From NCBI GenBank assembly GCA_015520605.1, contig WAPT01000001.1:1-64000 (forward strand): 64,000 bases of DNA, in the 5' to 3' direction. Below, in pieces: positions 30,075-40,118 of the stretch. The position numbers were made by a program, and so were the translations under genes. Source of the DNA: Nanobdellati archaeon. GTDB taxonomy: Archaea; EX4484-52; WAPT01. Positions within the stretch are counted from its first letter, which is position 1. Each line of letters begins with the position of its first letter. Under the pieces are notes generated by a model, which was not told where the DNA came from, ran no database searches, and worked only from the letters and a program-made list of their open reading frames with translations.

Positions 30075-30812
30075 ATGAGAAAGAAAAAACTCGTCAGGAT
30101 CTGTGCTAAGTGCGGAAAGCGGGTTGAGGAGTTGCATGAAGGTTTGTGCGAGGAATGTTTCTCCATTATGAAAGGTTTGAGGAGATCCCAAAAACAGGAA
30201 ATGGTCGAGGTTAACTGGTGTAGGTGCGGTTTGGTTTCAGCTTGCAAAAAAGAACTCGGTTTTGCCTCAACATTCGGGGAGTTGCTGGAACTCGTGCTCT
30301 CACACAGTTTGGATAAAGAAGCTCGAGATGCTGAGCTTACCTTTGAGGTTGAGGAGGTTCAAAACATGGGTAGGGATGTGTATAGAGTGGTGGGTGTTCT
30401 CGATGGAAAGGACAGGACGGTGGTTGAAATCAAGCTAACCCGTAAGCTCTGTGAGAGCTGCAGGTACAGATCTGGCGGGTATTATGAAGCGACACTACAG
30501 CTAAGAGGTGATGAAGACTTTCTTGCTAATATGCTGGAGCTTGTTGAGGATATAGCGAATAAATGGAGAGAGTTCGACAAAAAATCTTTCATAACCTCCA
30601 TGGAAGGAGTTAGGGGCGGGATAGACGTGAAACTGGGATCAAAAAGACTCGCCAAGAAAATCGTTAGCCAAGCTAAAAAATATAAAAAAGATATCATTAT
30701 AAAATGTTCGAAAAAGTTAAAAACTGTGAAGGACGGAAAGAAAATTTACAGGTACACATTTGCGGTAAAGGTTGATAATTATGGGAAAAAGAGGACAAGA
30801 AAGGGACGGTAA
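30075..30812 (+). CDS. NMD3 family ribosome biogenesis protein
   Basis: CAKCG...LCEEC, LCESC...GYYEATLQLRG, GGIDV. Confidence 0.9.
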   Translation: MRKKKLVRICAKCGKRVEELHEGLCEECFSIMKGLRRSQKQEMVEVNWCRCGLVSACKKELGFASTFGELLELVLSHSLDKEARDAELTFEVEEVQNMGRDVYRVVGVLDGKDRTVVEIKLTRKLCESCRYRSGGYYEATLQLRGDEDFLANMLELVEDIANKWREFDKKSFITSMEGVRGGIDVKLGSKRLAKKIVSQAKKYKKDIIIKCSKKLKTVKDGKKIYRYTFAVKVDNYGKKRTRKGR

Positions 30813-31131
30813 TAAAGGTATTCTGACAGATGAGGAAATAGAAAAGAAGGTGATACTGCCCAAAGGCAAACAGGTCTTCGGAGTTGTGGAGTCAAGGCTC
30901 GGGTATGGGAGGATGAATACAATCTGTTCCGACAAAAAGATAAGAGTTTGCCGCGTACCCGGCAGATACGCGAGGAGGATCTGGATCAGAGAGGGTGATG
31001 TTGTTATCGTTGAACCATGGCCCATTCAGGGCGATAAAAAAGGTGACATAATTCACAAATACAGACCGGTGGAGGTGGATTGGCTCAGGAGGAAGGGCTT
31101 TCTGAAAGGTTTGGAAGAATTCATAATTTGA
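30781..31131 (+). CDS. eif1a: Translation initiation factor aIF-1A
   Basis: LG.GR...CSD...RVCRVPGR...IWIREGDVVIVEPW...KGDII.KY. Confidence 0.96.
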   Translation: MGKRGQERDGNKGILTDEEIEKKVILPKGKQVFGVVESRLGYGRMNTICSDKKIRVCRVPGRYARRIWIREGDVVIVEPWPIQGDKKGDIIHKYRPVEVDWLRRKGFLKGLEEFII

Positions 31132-31189
31132 TTTGATTTTTCAAAAATAATGGAAAAGTATATATATCAAGAAATACTCTATATTCAAC

Positions 31190-32854
31190 ATGGTGTTTTG
31201 TGCGAGAGGGATTTATGATAAAGTAATGATTGTAGGTATCGTATTGTCTGTCATTTTTTGCGCTTCCACCGCGTTCGCACTCGAGAACCATAATTTAATG
31301 TTCTGGAATGGTGATATGCAAATATTCTTGAACAAAAATGTCTATTCTGCCGGAGAGAATCTAAAAGCGACAATCAGAATTTCTAATGGTGAGAATTATT
31401 TTATCACGGATGGAAAAATTGTTATTGAGATTGTGTACGGATGTGACACGCCCACATATCCTGCGCAGGTTTCCGATTGCGACGATGTTATTTACGAAAA
31501 GGTGCTTAGAGACATTCACATCCCTCCGAAAGGAAACAGAGAGATAAATTTCAGCTACTCATTACCGCAGGATCTGCGTGAGGGTACCTACAGGGTTGAC
31601 GCATACTTTACTGCAAATAGAGCACCGGTAAAGGGGATTCACTTCATCTTTCTGCCGGGAGCTTATCAGGACTTCCGGGTGGAGAACACGGCGGGAGACT
31701 ACCCATCTTTGAAGATACTGAGGACAAAAACAGTTTTTAATGGTGAGCGTGGACAGGTCGCTGCTCCGGTCCAGCCGGGTGGTGTGATCAACGGGACTGT
31801 GTGGGTTGAAGCTCTCGACGACAGCGCGATAGGTAAGAACTACATGCTGAGATTGCGGTTGTGTTCATGGGATGACACCAACTGCGATGGATATAACCTA
31901 ACGAAACGGTTTTATCTGGACTCGAAAGTTCAAAGTATATGGGTGAAAATGAAAGCCCCGACCAAACCGGACGCATACGCCATAAGAATTGAGATAGTGG
32001 ATGAAAACGAGAGGTTGCAGTCCCTTTACAGAAGCAGGATAATCGTGACCGGGATAACGGCCAAGATAAGGAAGGTTCAGCTCGCTTCAGTGGTGTTGAG
32101 GAAAGGTACACCCACGGAACTCAATGTGCTTGTGGGTACATCTCCGGATCATTATACCGAACCCGAGGTTAGAAATGTTGTTTGTGCGGTGAAGATCACC
32201 GATAAACCATCCGAAAAACTTGTGTTTACTGGTAAAAAGACCATAGAAAAACTCTCTTCAAAAGACAACATAATTTTCGTTCCCCTGAGTTTCTCGATAA
32301 CCCCGAACACGGATACGAAAAATTTCAGGGTGTGTATCGAGCTGCGTTCTGAAGCGGGAAAACTTTTTGATAAATATTGTTTTGATGTGAACGCCAACGA
32401 CTATAAGGATGTACTTCTACCCGATTATAGTGCCAAGCTTTTGAAATACTTTGAGAACAACCGCACAGCGGTGCTTGAAGTCTGCGCTAGGTACAGCATT
32501 ATTGATAAGGATGCCAACATAATGGCCGATCTTCTTCTTTACAAAAATAACGGAATCATAAAAATGGTTCGCAATGTTAAAATAAATGGATGTAAGCTGT
32601 TCTCCTTCGATAAAATTGAGGGAGAGCCTGGCGTTAATTACACGTTGGTTTTAAACGATAAGGTAAACGATCTGCAGTATATTTTTAACTTCTCACCACG
32701 GAGCGCTTCAGAAAATACGGCAGTTCCGGCATCCCGGGAACAGAGGACGGGAATCGGTAACGGTAAACTTGTGCTGTGCATAATGTCCCTTGTCGCTGTC
32801 GTGGTTATTATCGCTTTTATCATGAGGAACTGGAAAGGTGGTGAAAATGCATGA
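31190..32854 (+). CDS. Secreted, C-terminally anchored Ig-like surface protein
   Basis: Signal peptide ending ASTAFA, beta-sandwich-like segments (LPQDLREGTYRV), C-terminal TM followed by RNWK. Confidence 0.75.
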   Translation: MVFCARGIYDKVMIVGIVLSVIFCASTAFALENHNLMFWNGDMQIFLNKNVYSAGENLKATIRISNGENYFITDGKIVIEIVYGCDTPTYPAQVSDCDDVIYEKVLRDIHIPPKGNREINFSYSLPQDLREGTYRVDAYFTANRAPVKGIHFIFLPGAYQDFRVENTAGDYPSLKILRTKTVFNGERGQVAAPVQPGGVINGTVWVEALDDSAIGKNYMLRLRLCSWDDTNCDGYNLTKRFYLDSKVQSIWVKMKAPTKPDAYAIRIEIVDENERLQSLYRSRIIVTGITAKIRKVQLASVVLRKGTPTELNVLVGTSPDHYTEPEVRNVVCAVKITDKPSEKLVFTGKKTIEKLSSKDNIIFVPLSFSITPNTDTKNFRVCIELRSEAGKLFDKYCFDVNANDYKDVLLPDYSAKLLKYFENNRTAVLEVCARYSIIDKDANIMADLLLYKNNGIIKMVRNVKINGCKLFSFDKIEGEPGVNYTLVLNDKVNDLQYIFNFSPRSASENTAVPASREQRTGIGNGKLVLCIMSLVAVVVIIAFIMRNWKGGENA

Positions 32855-35800
32855 ATCGAAAAACATGATGGGTGTCGGAATCATTATTTTGGTAAGCATG
32901 TTTTTTGGCATTGCGATTAGCTCGAAAATTTCCTTTGGGTGGTGGAATGATGATTGGAAATACAGGATACCGATAAACGTGAGCTATGATGGATCCTCAG
33001 AGATCGATAATTATCAGCTCAAATTGGTGATCAATTATCAGGAGGGCATGCAATGCGATTTTCGAGACATACGGTTCACACAAGTTATTAACGGTGATGA
33101 GATCGAGATCCCCTACTTTATTGAGAATTATACTGATTGTCAAGAAGCATTTGTTTGGATTAAGATGATAAAATTGACTCCCGGAGAAAATACAGTGTAT
33201 CTTTATTTTGGAAATCCTAATGTTTCCTCAAAGAGTTCCAGTAGCGATGTGTTCCTCGGAAAAATAAGCAACGTTGCCGGGTGTTGGTACTTTGATAAAG
33301 AGACAAACAACATCGTCATAGATTGTTCGGGAGTGGGGAACCCGATGACTCTGTACAATGGTGCTACCCTGGGGGATGGAAAATACGGATATGCCCTCGA
33401 GCTGGACGGCAATGACGATTATGCAAGCTCAGACCTTAACGGAATCAACTTCCAAAAAAATGAGATCGCAATCCTCTTCTGGTTGCTTGATGATATGGAA
33501 AGCAATGGCAATAGGGAATGGTTTATAAATAAGCTGACCACTCAACCTTCCACGGGTTTTGGATTTTATACAACAGACACAGACGAGAACAACCTTAGAA
33601 GGCTCGTTTTTTCTGTCGGTAGTACTGCGGCTTCCAAAGAAGTCAGCATCATGATACCGTCTCACACATGGGTGAGTGTTGGGGGAGTTGTAAGACTCTA
33701 TAACTCCACCCATTATAGGGTTGAGTTATGGATAAACGGGAGTATGGTTAATTATACCTACATAGAAGACGCCTCGCTTAAACTGGAGAATACGGAGCCG
33801 CTAACGATAGGTATGTTCAACAACAGCTTCTATGCTTACGGAAGGGTGGACGAGCTCTATATTTTCAACACATCTTTAGACGGAAACACTATAGAACAAC
33901 TTTCGGTTGCTCGCGGTGTGGTTCTGCCAGAAGAGCCGCTAACCTTATATCTTACACAATACGCATCCCCGCAGCCAGCATACACCATCGGAGCCATCGA
34001 GAAGTATCTCAAAGCTGTTGGTGAGCCATGTACAAGTGACGACGAATGTGAAACTGGACACTGCGCTGTCGATTACGATGGGAATGGGGCATGGTGCATG
34101 CCCAAAACATCCTGTGCTCATAATGGTATAGAGTATAAGGACGGTAGCTATGCACCGGAGTGTTTATCCAAGACATCCACATGGAAATGTTCTGCTGGAA
34201 CATGGCAGGAATTCAATTGTGGCAGGTGGAGTGTGTGTAAGAGCGGAAAATGTTTATTGAAGGATAGTGATGGGGATGGTGTTCCGGATAGGGACGATCT
34301 GTGTCCCGGAACTCCGGCTGGGTGTAAAGTGTATGCCAACAATGGATGTCCGAAGGTACCGTTCAAATACCACATAAAAAACAATATATCCTCATCATGT
34401 CCCGGATCTTCCATACCCGTAGATCCCGAGCACTACTGTCTGAGCACATCCCAAGACCCAAAGATCAAATTTTATGTTGGGACCGTGCTTGCAAACTCTG
34501 AGCCCTACTGCGATCCTCTGTATGGCACTGAGGGATGGCATGATGTAGAAGACGGAAGAAATTATTGCGAATTCCCAATCCCTGTAAGCATAAACCCCGG
34601 AAAATACACATTGTATGCCGAGTATGAGCTTGGGGGGAGAACCTACAAGGATGTCGTAGAGTCCGGGTTCGTGGTGAAAAGTTCGTGTTCCACGAGAACC
34701 CGATGTAACCATGGGGGGCACATGGAATCCAACCCCACGTACAACATCGCATTCTCTAACGGCCAGTGTGAGGTGTCCGGAGGCATCTATTATTGTAAGA
34801 ACGGAACCACCGTTTCACTAACCTCAATATCCAGAGTTGTCCCGCACTGTAGTGATGGTGCATACGCGTCAGCAAGACCTCCTGGATTGCTCGCATGGGT
34901 GTATTCCGGTAACGTATTTTTGGCTGAAAAAGACAACAAGTACGCTGGATGTTCGCTGTGGAATCCTTCAGTTAACGACAGGAGATATTTATTCAGTCTA
35001 AAAGTTGGGTTTAGGTGGGCGTGCAACATTGGATGGGCAAGCGGGGCGAAATACAACCATATAAACAACATATACACATTTAAAAAACCTGGCAAATACA
35101 TGCTTTACGTTGATTTGATAAACGCTGTGTGTGATTCTCCAGATTATATCTGTCCGACCAACTGTAGTGGATACAAGTGTTTATGCTACATAGGAACTAT
35201 GAAAGGTGATCAGTGGGGGTTCCTAAACCTCGGAAAATACGAAATTGCGGTAGTTGACCCAGAGCTGAAGTTTATAAGCACTCCCAGTAGCCCCATCAAA
35301 CTGGATGGGTCTCCATCGATAACCTTGACATGGAAAATCAGGAATACCGGCATTGGCGATATCGACGTTAAAGTAGCTCCCGTATGTCCGGCGGGGTGGA
35401 AATGCGTGGTTGATCCAACCCGTGTCAGAAATGTGAAGGAAAACAACAATGTTACAATTACACTCACGGTCTACAACAAAAAGCCACCGGCAATGGTAAA
35501 TGCCAAGCGGATTCCAGTTGGAATAAACATAAGTTATTTTGATTCTTACGGACTCTATCCAGAAAAAAGAACAGGAAATTCCGTAATTCTCATCCTAGAT
35601 AATCGGCCCCCGGTCGTGGGGTTCAGCGCACCTTCGGGATATGGCTGGAGCGCTTCGGATCTGCCATTCAAAATAACCTGCGATGACAACCCATACACCA
35701 GCTACGGAACTTATGGCGGATGCAATAAAATATATTATCTGGTCGTGAATTCGTCTCAAAAATGTCCGCAGGATCTGAACAGTTATAAAGTATATTCATC

Positions 35801-36842
35801 TAACCCTCAGGAGACGCTAACGTTTTTGGGCAAAATAACATGCCCTGAAGGAACCGTTTGCAAAAAGAAGGTCTGCTATGCGGCGGAAGACAGATTTGGG
35901 TACAGGAGTCCGATAACTGCTAGCGATGAGTTCAGGATTGATAAACAGCCACCGGTCATCAACGCCACGGTTCTACCCTCCCCTGTGCTCTCATCGTTCG
36001 GCCCAGAGAAAGAAAAGGTCTTCATCATTTTAAGATGTGACGATGGTGACGGGAGCGGATGTGCTATAACTAAAATCTCCAGCACAGCACTTTTCTCCTC
36101 CAAACCATGTGAGTTGCAAGGAGATGGCGAGACCATATGCGAATTTATCGCTCCCGACTGTACTGGTTTAATCAGCAGAACACAGCCCTATTCTGTAGAA
36201 AGTGAAGACATGGTTCACAATTCAATTTCACATACTTACGAATATGAAGTCAAATTTAATACAGGATGCAGTTGTTACACAGGCAACGAATGTTATAGCG
36301 GTTCTTGTGTTGATGGTAGATGTAAGGGGGTTATAAATGTAACGCAGGGAGGAAATGTTGTTCAACCACAACGACCTTCATCCAACCCGATCGAAGTAAA
36401 TATTTCACACACGTCCCTTCGGTTGATGGTTGGGGAGGTTTATCGGGGAGTTATAGATGTCAAGAACAACAATAACTTCATGGACACTGTTGTGCTACAC
36501 ATAAACACCAATCCCGAATATCCATGGAAACACTGGGTGTATTTTGAGGGTGAAAAATTCTCCATGAACGGTGATCAGTTCGTTATCAACCTGAAGGGCG
36601 AGGAGGAAAGGAGAGTTGTGTTTATAATAGAACCCAACATGGTAACCATTTCGCCGATAACCGTGAATATTACCGCTGAAGGTTTGATCTCTGGAGGAAA
36701 GTCAACACAAACCATGAAAGTGGATGTTGTGGCACATGGAAGCAACGGGGCAAAAAGTTCACTACCTGGAATTGAGTTTTACAATGTATGGGTGATCGCA
36801 CTGATGGCTGCGTTCCTCTCCTATTTAAATTTCCGGAAATAA
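32847..36842 (+). CDS. Giant Cys-rich surface adhesin (DUF2341 + LamG + TSP3-like + Ig-like)
   Basis: Signal peptide, DUF2341 motifs, LamG (GCWYFD...LELDGNDDY...GRVDELYIFN), DSDGDGVPDRDDLCPGTP, two GxxCxxxxECxxGxC knots, and C-terminal LPGI-TM-RK. ATG 32847 follows SD GGTGGTGA. Confidence 0.82.
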   Translation: MHESKNMMGVGIIILVSMFFGIAISSKISFGWWNDDWKYRIPINVSYDGSSEIDNYQLKLVINYQEGMQCDFRDIRFTQVINGDEIEIPYFIENYTDCQEAFVWIKMIKLTPGENTVYLYFGNPNVSSKSSSSDVFLGKISNVAGCWYFDKETNNIVIDCSGVGNPMTLYNGATLGDGKYGYALELDGNDDYASSDLNGINFQKNEIAILFWLLDDMESNGNREWFINKLTTQPSTGFGFYTTDTDENNLRRLVFSVGSTAASKEVSIMIPSHTWVSVGGVVRLYNSTHYRVELWINGSMVNYTYIEDASLKLENTEPLTIGMFNNSFYAYGRVDELYIFNTSLDGNTIEQLSVARGVVLPEEPLTLYLTQYASPQPAYTIGAIEKYLKAVGEPCTSDDECETGHCAVDYDGNGAWCMPKTSCAHNGIEYKDGSYAPECLSKTSTWKCSAGTWQEFNCGRWSVCKSGKCLLKDSDGDGVPDRDDLCPGTPAGCKVYANNGCPKVPFKYHIKNNISSSCPGSSIPVDPEHYCLSTSQDPKIKFYVGTVLANSEPYCDPLYGTEGWHDVEDGRNYCEFPIPVSINPGKYTLYAEYELGGRTYKDVVESGFVVKSSCSTRTRCNHGGHMESNPTYNIAFSNGQCEVSGGIYYCKNGTTVSLTSISRVVPHCSDGAYASARPPGLLAWVYSGNVFLAEKDNKYAGCSLWNPSVNDRRYLFSLKVGFRWACNIGWASGAKYNHINNIYTFKKPGKYMLYVDLINAVCDSPDYICPTNCSGYKCLCYIGTMKGDQWGFLNLGKYEIAVVDPELKFISTPSSPIKLDGSPSITLTWKIRNTGIGDIDVKVAPVCPAGWKCVVDPTRVRNVKENNNVTITLTVYNKKPPAMVNAKRIPVGINISYFDSYGLYPEKRTGNSVILILDNRPPVVGFSAPSGYGWSASDLPFKITCDDNPYTSYGTYGGCNKIYYLVVNSSQKCPQDLNSYKVYSSNPQETLTFLGKITCPEGTVCKKKVCYAAEDRFGYRSPITASDEFRIDKQPPVINATVLPSPVLSSFGPEKEKVFIILRCDDGDGSGCAITKISSTALFSSKPCELQGDGETICEFIAPDCTGLISRTQPYSVESEDMVHNSISHTYEYEVKFNTGCSCYTGNECYSGSCVDGRCKGVINVTQGGNVVQPQRPSSNPIEVNISHTSLRLMVGEVYRGVIDVKNNNNFMDTVVLHINTNPEYPWKHWVYFEGEKFSMNGDQFVINLKGEEERRVVFIIEPNMVTISPITVNITAEGLISGGKSTQTMKVDVVAHGSNGAKSSLPGIEFYNVWVIALMAAFLSYLNFRK

Positions 36843-36852
36843 AAGGAATTTT

Positions 36853-37593
36853 ATGCCGGAGTTCAGGGAGGAGAGGGTATTTGATGAGAACGATTACAAG
36901 TACTTCTCAAAGGTCTTTGATTTCTTCACGTTTGATGCGATAAGAACGTTTGAAATAAGACGGGTCATAAAAAGGGCTTCGGGTGTTATAAAGGAGGGTA
37001 AAGAGTCCATCATCGTCCTGTGCGAGGGCCCTGAAAATGATTACCGCATCCTCAAAATTTACAAGATAGAAACTTCCGACTTTAAGAGAATGGAAGAATA
37101 CATAGTTGGGGATCCCCGCTTTAAATCTGTGAGAAAGAAGAAGAGGGATCTCATTTACCAGTGGTGCAGAAAGGAATTCTCCAACCTGAAAAAAGCTCAA
37201 AAAGCAGGAGTTTCGGCTCCAAAACCGTATGCCTTCATGAGAAACATGCTTATCATGGAATGCGTGATGGACGGAGATAACATAGCGAGATCCTTAGACG
37301 ATATGAATGAGGGTGAGCTTGATGATCCAGAGGAATTTTTCTGGAAAATTGTTGAAGAGCTGAGAAAGCTTTACAAGAATGCAAAGCTTATCCATGCCGA
37401 TATAAGCGAGTTCAACATATTGAAGAGTAACAACAAACCTGTGCTCATAGATTTCGCGCAGGCTGTTCTCCAAACGCACCCAATGGCCGATAGGTTTCTG
37501 GAGAGAGATGTGAGTAACCTCACTAAATTCTTCAGGAGAGCTTATCGGCTCAATTTTTCTTGCAATGACGTGCTTCAATACATAAAAAACTGA
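36853..37593 (+). CDS. rio1: RIO1 serine kinase/ATPase
   Basis: GKES, KIY, W.RKEF.NL, IHADISEFNIL, IDFAQAV. Confidence 0.93.
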   Translation: MPEFREERVFDENDYKYFSKVFDFFTFDAIRTFEIRRVIKRASGVIKEGKESIIVLCEGPENDYRILKIYKIETSDFKRMEEYIVGDPRFKSVRKKKRDLIYQWCRKEFSNLKKAQKAGVSAPKPYAFMRNMLIMECVMDGDNIARSLDDMNEGELDDPEEFFWKIVEELRKLYKNAKLIHADISEFNILKSNNKPVLIDFAQAVLQTHPMADRFLERDVSNLTKFFRRAYRLNFSCNDVLQYIKN

Positions 37594-37613
37594 TACAAAA
37601 GAAATTAACAATC

Positions 37614-38177
37614 ATGAAAGGTGAAGATGACGTGCATGACGACTTTCAGATATTCGAGGAAAGTTTAAGAATTCCGGAAGAAAGGGTGCCTGTGCTCATC
37701 GGCAGGAGGGGCCAAACCAAAAGAGAAATTGAAAAAAAGCTTGAGTGCGAGATAAAGGTTTCATCTGATGGAGAAATCGTGATAAGAGGCACACCAATCA
37801 ACCTCATGAAAGCACGGGAAATCGTTCTCGCGATAGGCAGGGGTTTCTCTCCCGAAAATGCGATGAAACTCTTTGACATCAAAGTAATGCTGGATATTAT
37901 TGACCTCAACGAGCTGCTTGGCAGAAATCAAAACAGGCTGATACGTCAGAGAGCAAGGATAATCGGCACGAAAGGCAGCGCAAAGAAACAGATAGAAAAC
38001 ATGACAAACACCATCATCTCCGTTTATGGAAAGACCGTAGCCATAATCGGTCCGCCATCGAACGTGAGAGTTGCGAGAGAAGCCATAGTGATGCTTGCCG
38101 AAGGTGCTAAGCACACCACCGTTTATAATTACATAAAGAGGAACACCCATGCCATAGATGACTATCCATTCAAGTAG
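37614..38177 (+). CDS. KH-domain rRNA processing protein (Dim2/Pno1/Krr1-like)
   Basis: LIGRRG, AIGRGFSPE.A, RIIGTKG, GAKH..VY. Confidence 0.92.
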   Translation: MKGEDDVHDDFQIFEESLRIPEERVPVLIGRRGQTKREIEKKLECEIKVSSDGEIVIRGTPINLMKAREIVLAIGRGFSPENAMKLFDIKVMLDIIDLNELLGRNQNRLIRQRARIIGTKGSAKKQIENMTNTIISVYGKTVAIIGPPSNVRVAREAIVMLAEGAKHTTVYNYIKRNTHAIDDYPFK

Positions 38178-38270
38178 CGAATTTTTTATTAATGGGGAAT
38201 TTCCCAACAGGAAGTATGGAGTATACCGAATGATGGCTGAGGAGGTAGGCTGTGTGTTAAGGTGTGAGAG

Positions 38271-40118
38271 ATGAGTGCCGACCCAAACAATTATGCAAGT
38301 GATATGTCGAGGCTTCAGATGGAGATCAGCGTCGCGGAGTTTTTTGAGAAAAACCGCCACCTCTTGGGTTTTGAGAACCCCACAAAGGCGATGCTTACTT
38401 GTGTGAGAGAAGCTGTTGATAACTCTCTCGATGCGTGTGAGGAAGCGAAGATTCTGCCGGAAGTCTATGTGGAGATAAAAGGTGTTAACGGTTCCGAGGA
38501 TCATTATCTGATCGTTGTTGAAGACAACGGCCCGGGAATAGTCAAGAGCGAGGTTCCTTACGTATTCGGGAAGCTTCTTTTTGGCTCGAAATTTCACAGG
38601 CTGAAACAGAGCAGAGGTCAGCAGGGCATAGGAATAAGCGGAGCTGTGCTTTACGCGCAGCTCACAACCGGAAAGCCCACGAGAGTATATTCACGGGTAG
38701 GAGATGGCAAGGTGTATGTGTTTGATGTCATGATAGACACCCAGAAAAACGAACCAAGAATTCTGAATTATATGGAGCTTGATAGCGAAGGACACGGCGT
38801 TAGGATAGAGATGGAAATAAAGGGTAGGTATGTAAGGGGAAGGCAGTCCGTACTTGAGTACCTGAGGGCTGTTTCCTTAATGAATCCGTTTGCCCAGATC
38901 GTATTTGTTGAACCGAACGGAAATGAGTTGGTTTTTGAGAGAAAAATCGAAGAACTTCCTCCTGAAGCCAAGGAAATAAAGCCACATCCGCACGGCATAG
39001 AGTTCGGGATGTTTCTTAGGATGTTAAAGGATACAAAGGCAAAAACCCTCGTGAACTTCTTTGTCAATGAGTTCTCGAGGGTGGGGAAAGATACCGCCAT
39101 GGAGATATGCGCGCTAGCGGAAATAAGCCCGGACAGGACACCGCAGAGGATAACGAGGGAGGAAGCTGAAAGGATATGGGATGTTGTGCAGAAGATGAAG
39201 TTTTATGCTCCCCCAACAAATTGTCTCTCTCCGGTGGGAAGCGAAGCAATAGAAAAGAGTTTAAAGGCGGAGTTTAACCCGGAGTTCGTGGCTGCGGTCA
39301 GCAGAAAACCCTCTGTTTATAGAGGAAATCCGTTTCTGGTGGAGGTCGGTATAGCCTACGGTGGGGATCTTGACCCTGAGGGCCCGGTCACCATTTACCG
39401 TTTTGCGAACAAGATGCCTCTGCTTTACCAACAGCCCGCATGTGTTATAACAAGGGCGATAGCGGATGTGGACTGGAAAAGGTATGGGTTAAGTCAACCA
39501 TCCGGATCCCTTCCTTACGGGCCTCTTGCCATAGCTGTGCACTTCGCTTCCGTCTGGGTTCCGTACACTTCTGAGGGGAAAGAAGCAATAGCAGCATATC
39601 CGGAGATCATGAAAGAGATAAAGCTCACATTGCAGGAGGTCGGGAGGAAACTCAGCACATATCTCTCTGCAAAGAAAAGGGAAAAGATGAGGCAGAGAAG
39701 GATAAGCATATTTATGAGGTATTCTCCTGAGGTTGTGGCTGCCATCCACAAGCTTACCTGTGTTGATGAAAAAACCGTAGAGGAAGCCATCACTAATCTT
39801 CTCAGGACAAAAGGTCTTCACAACAAGGAAGAAACGGAAGCTGTGGTTGAAGATGTTGTACAGGAAGCTGAAGAGGTGGAAGACATCATTGAAGGTGTAG
39901 AGGATAAGGATGTTGACTCGGGGCAGGAGAGCAAGGGTCTAAAGGAGAAAAGAATCGAAGATATTAACGAAGGTGTTAAGTTCCAGTCAAATCCACCTGC
40001 TGATGTTACTGAAAATGACTCGACTATAGAATCTCGGGAGGGTAAAAACGAAAACAAAGGTAATGATGAAGACGCATCCACACCATCAACCCTCAAGAAG
40101 TGGATGGTGATAGAATGA
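38271..40118 (+). CDS. top6B: DNA topoisomerase VI subunit B
   Basis: EFFEKN, EAVDNSLDA, EDNGPG, SRGQQGIG, RFANK.PL, VPYTSEGKE, followed by a long acidic tail. Confidence 0.97.
   Translation: MSADPNNYASDMSRLQMEISVAEFFEKNRHLLGFENPTKAMLTCVREAVDNSLDACEEAKILPEVYVEIKGVNGSEDHYLIVVEDNGPGIVKSEVPYVFGKLLFGSKFHRLKQSRGQQGIGISGAVLYAQLTTGKPTRVYSRVGDGKVYVFDVMIDTQKNEPRILNYMELDSEGHGVRIEMEIKGRYVRGRQSVLEYLRAVSLMNPFAQIVFVEPNGNELVFERKIEELPPEAKEIKPHPHGIEFGMFLRMLKDTKAKTLVNFFVNEFSRVGKDTAMEICALAEISPDRTPQRITREEAERIWDVVQKMKFYAPPTNCLSPVGSEAIEKSLKAEFNPEFVAAVSRKPSVYRGNPFLVEVGIAYGGDLDPEGPVTIYRFANKMPLLYQQPACVITRAIADVDWKRYGLSQPSGSLPYGPLAIAVHFASVWVPYTSEGKEAIAAYPEIMKEIKLTLQEVGRKLSTYLSAKKREKMRQRRISIFMRYSPEVVAAIHKLTCVDEKTVEEAITNLLRTKGLHNKEETEAVVEDVVQEAEEVEDIIEGVEDKDVDSGQESKGLKEKRIEDINEGVKFQSNPPADVTENDSTIESREGKNENKGNDEDASTPSTLKKWMVIE

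Noticed and set aside
37761-38597. Long antisense ORFs (278 aa here; also 50027-50752, 62487-63152, 54634-55251 and others)
   Set aside because: They are shadows of well-supported genes on the opposite strand and have no recognisable motifs.
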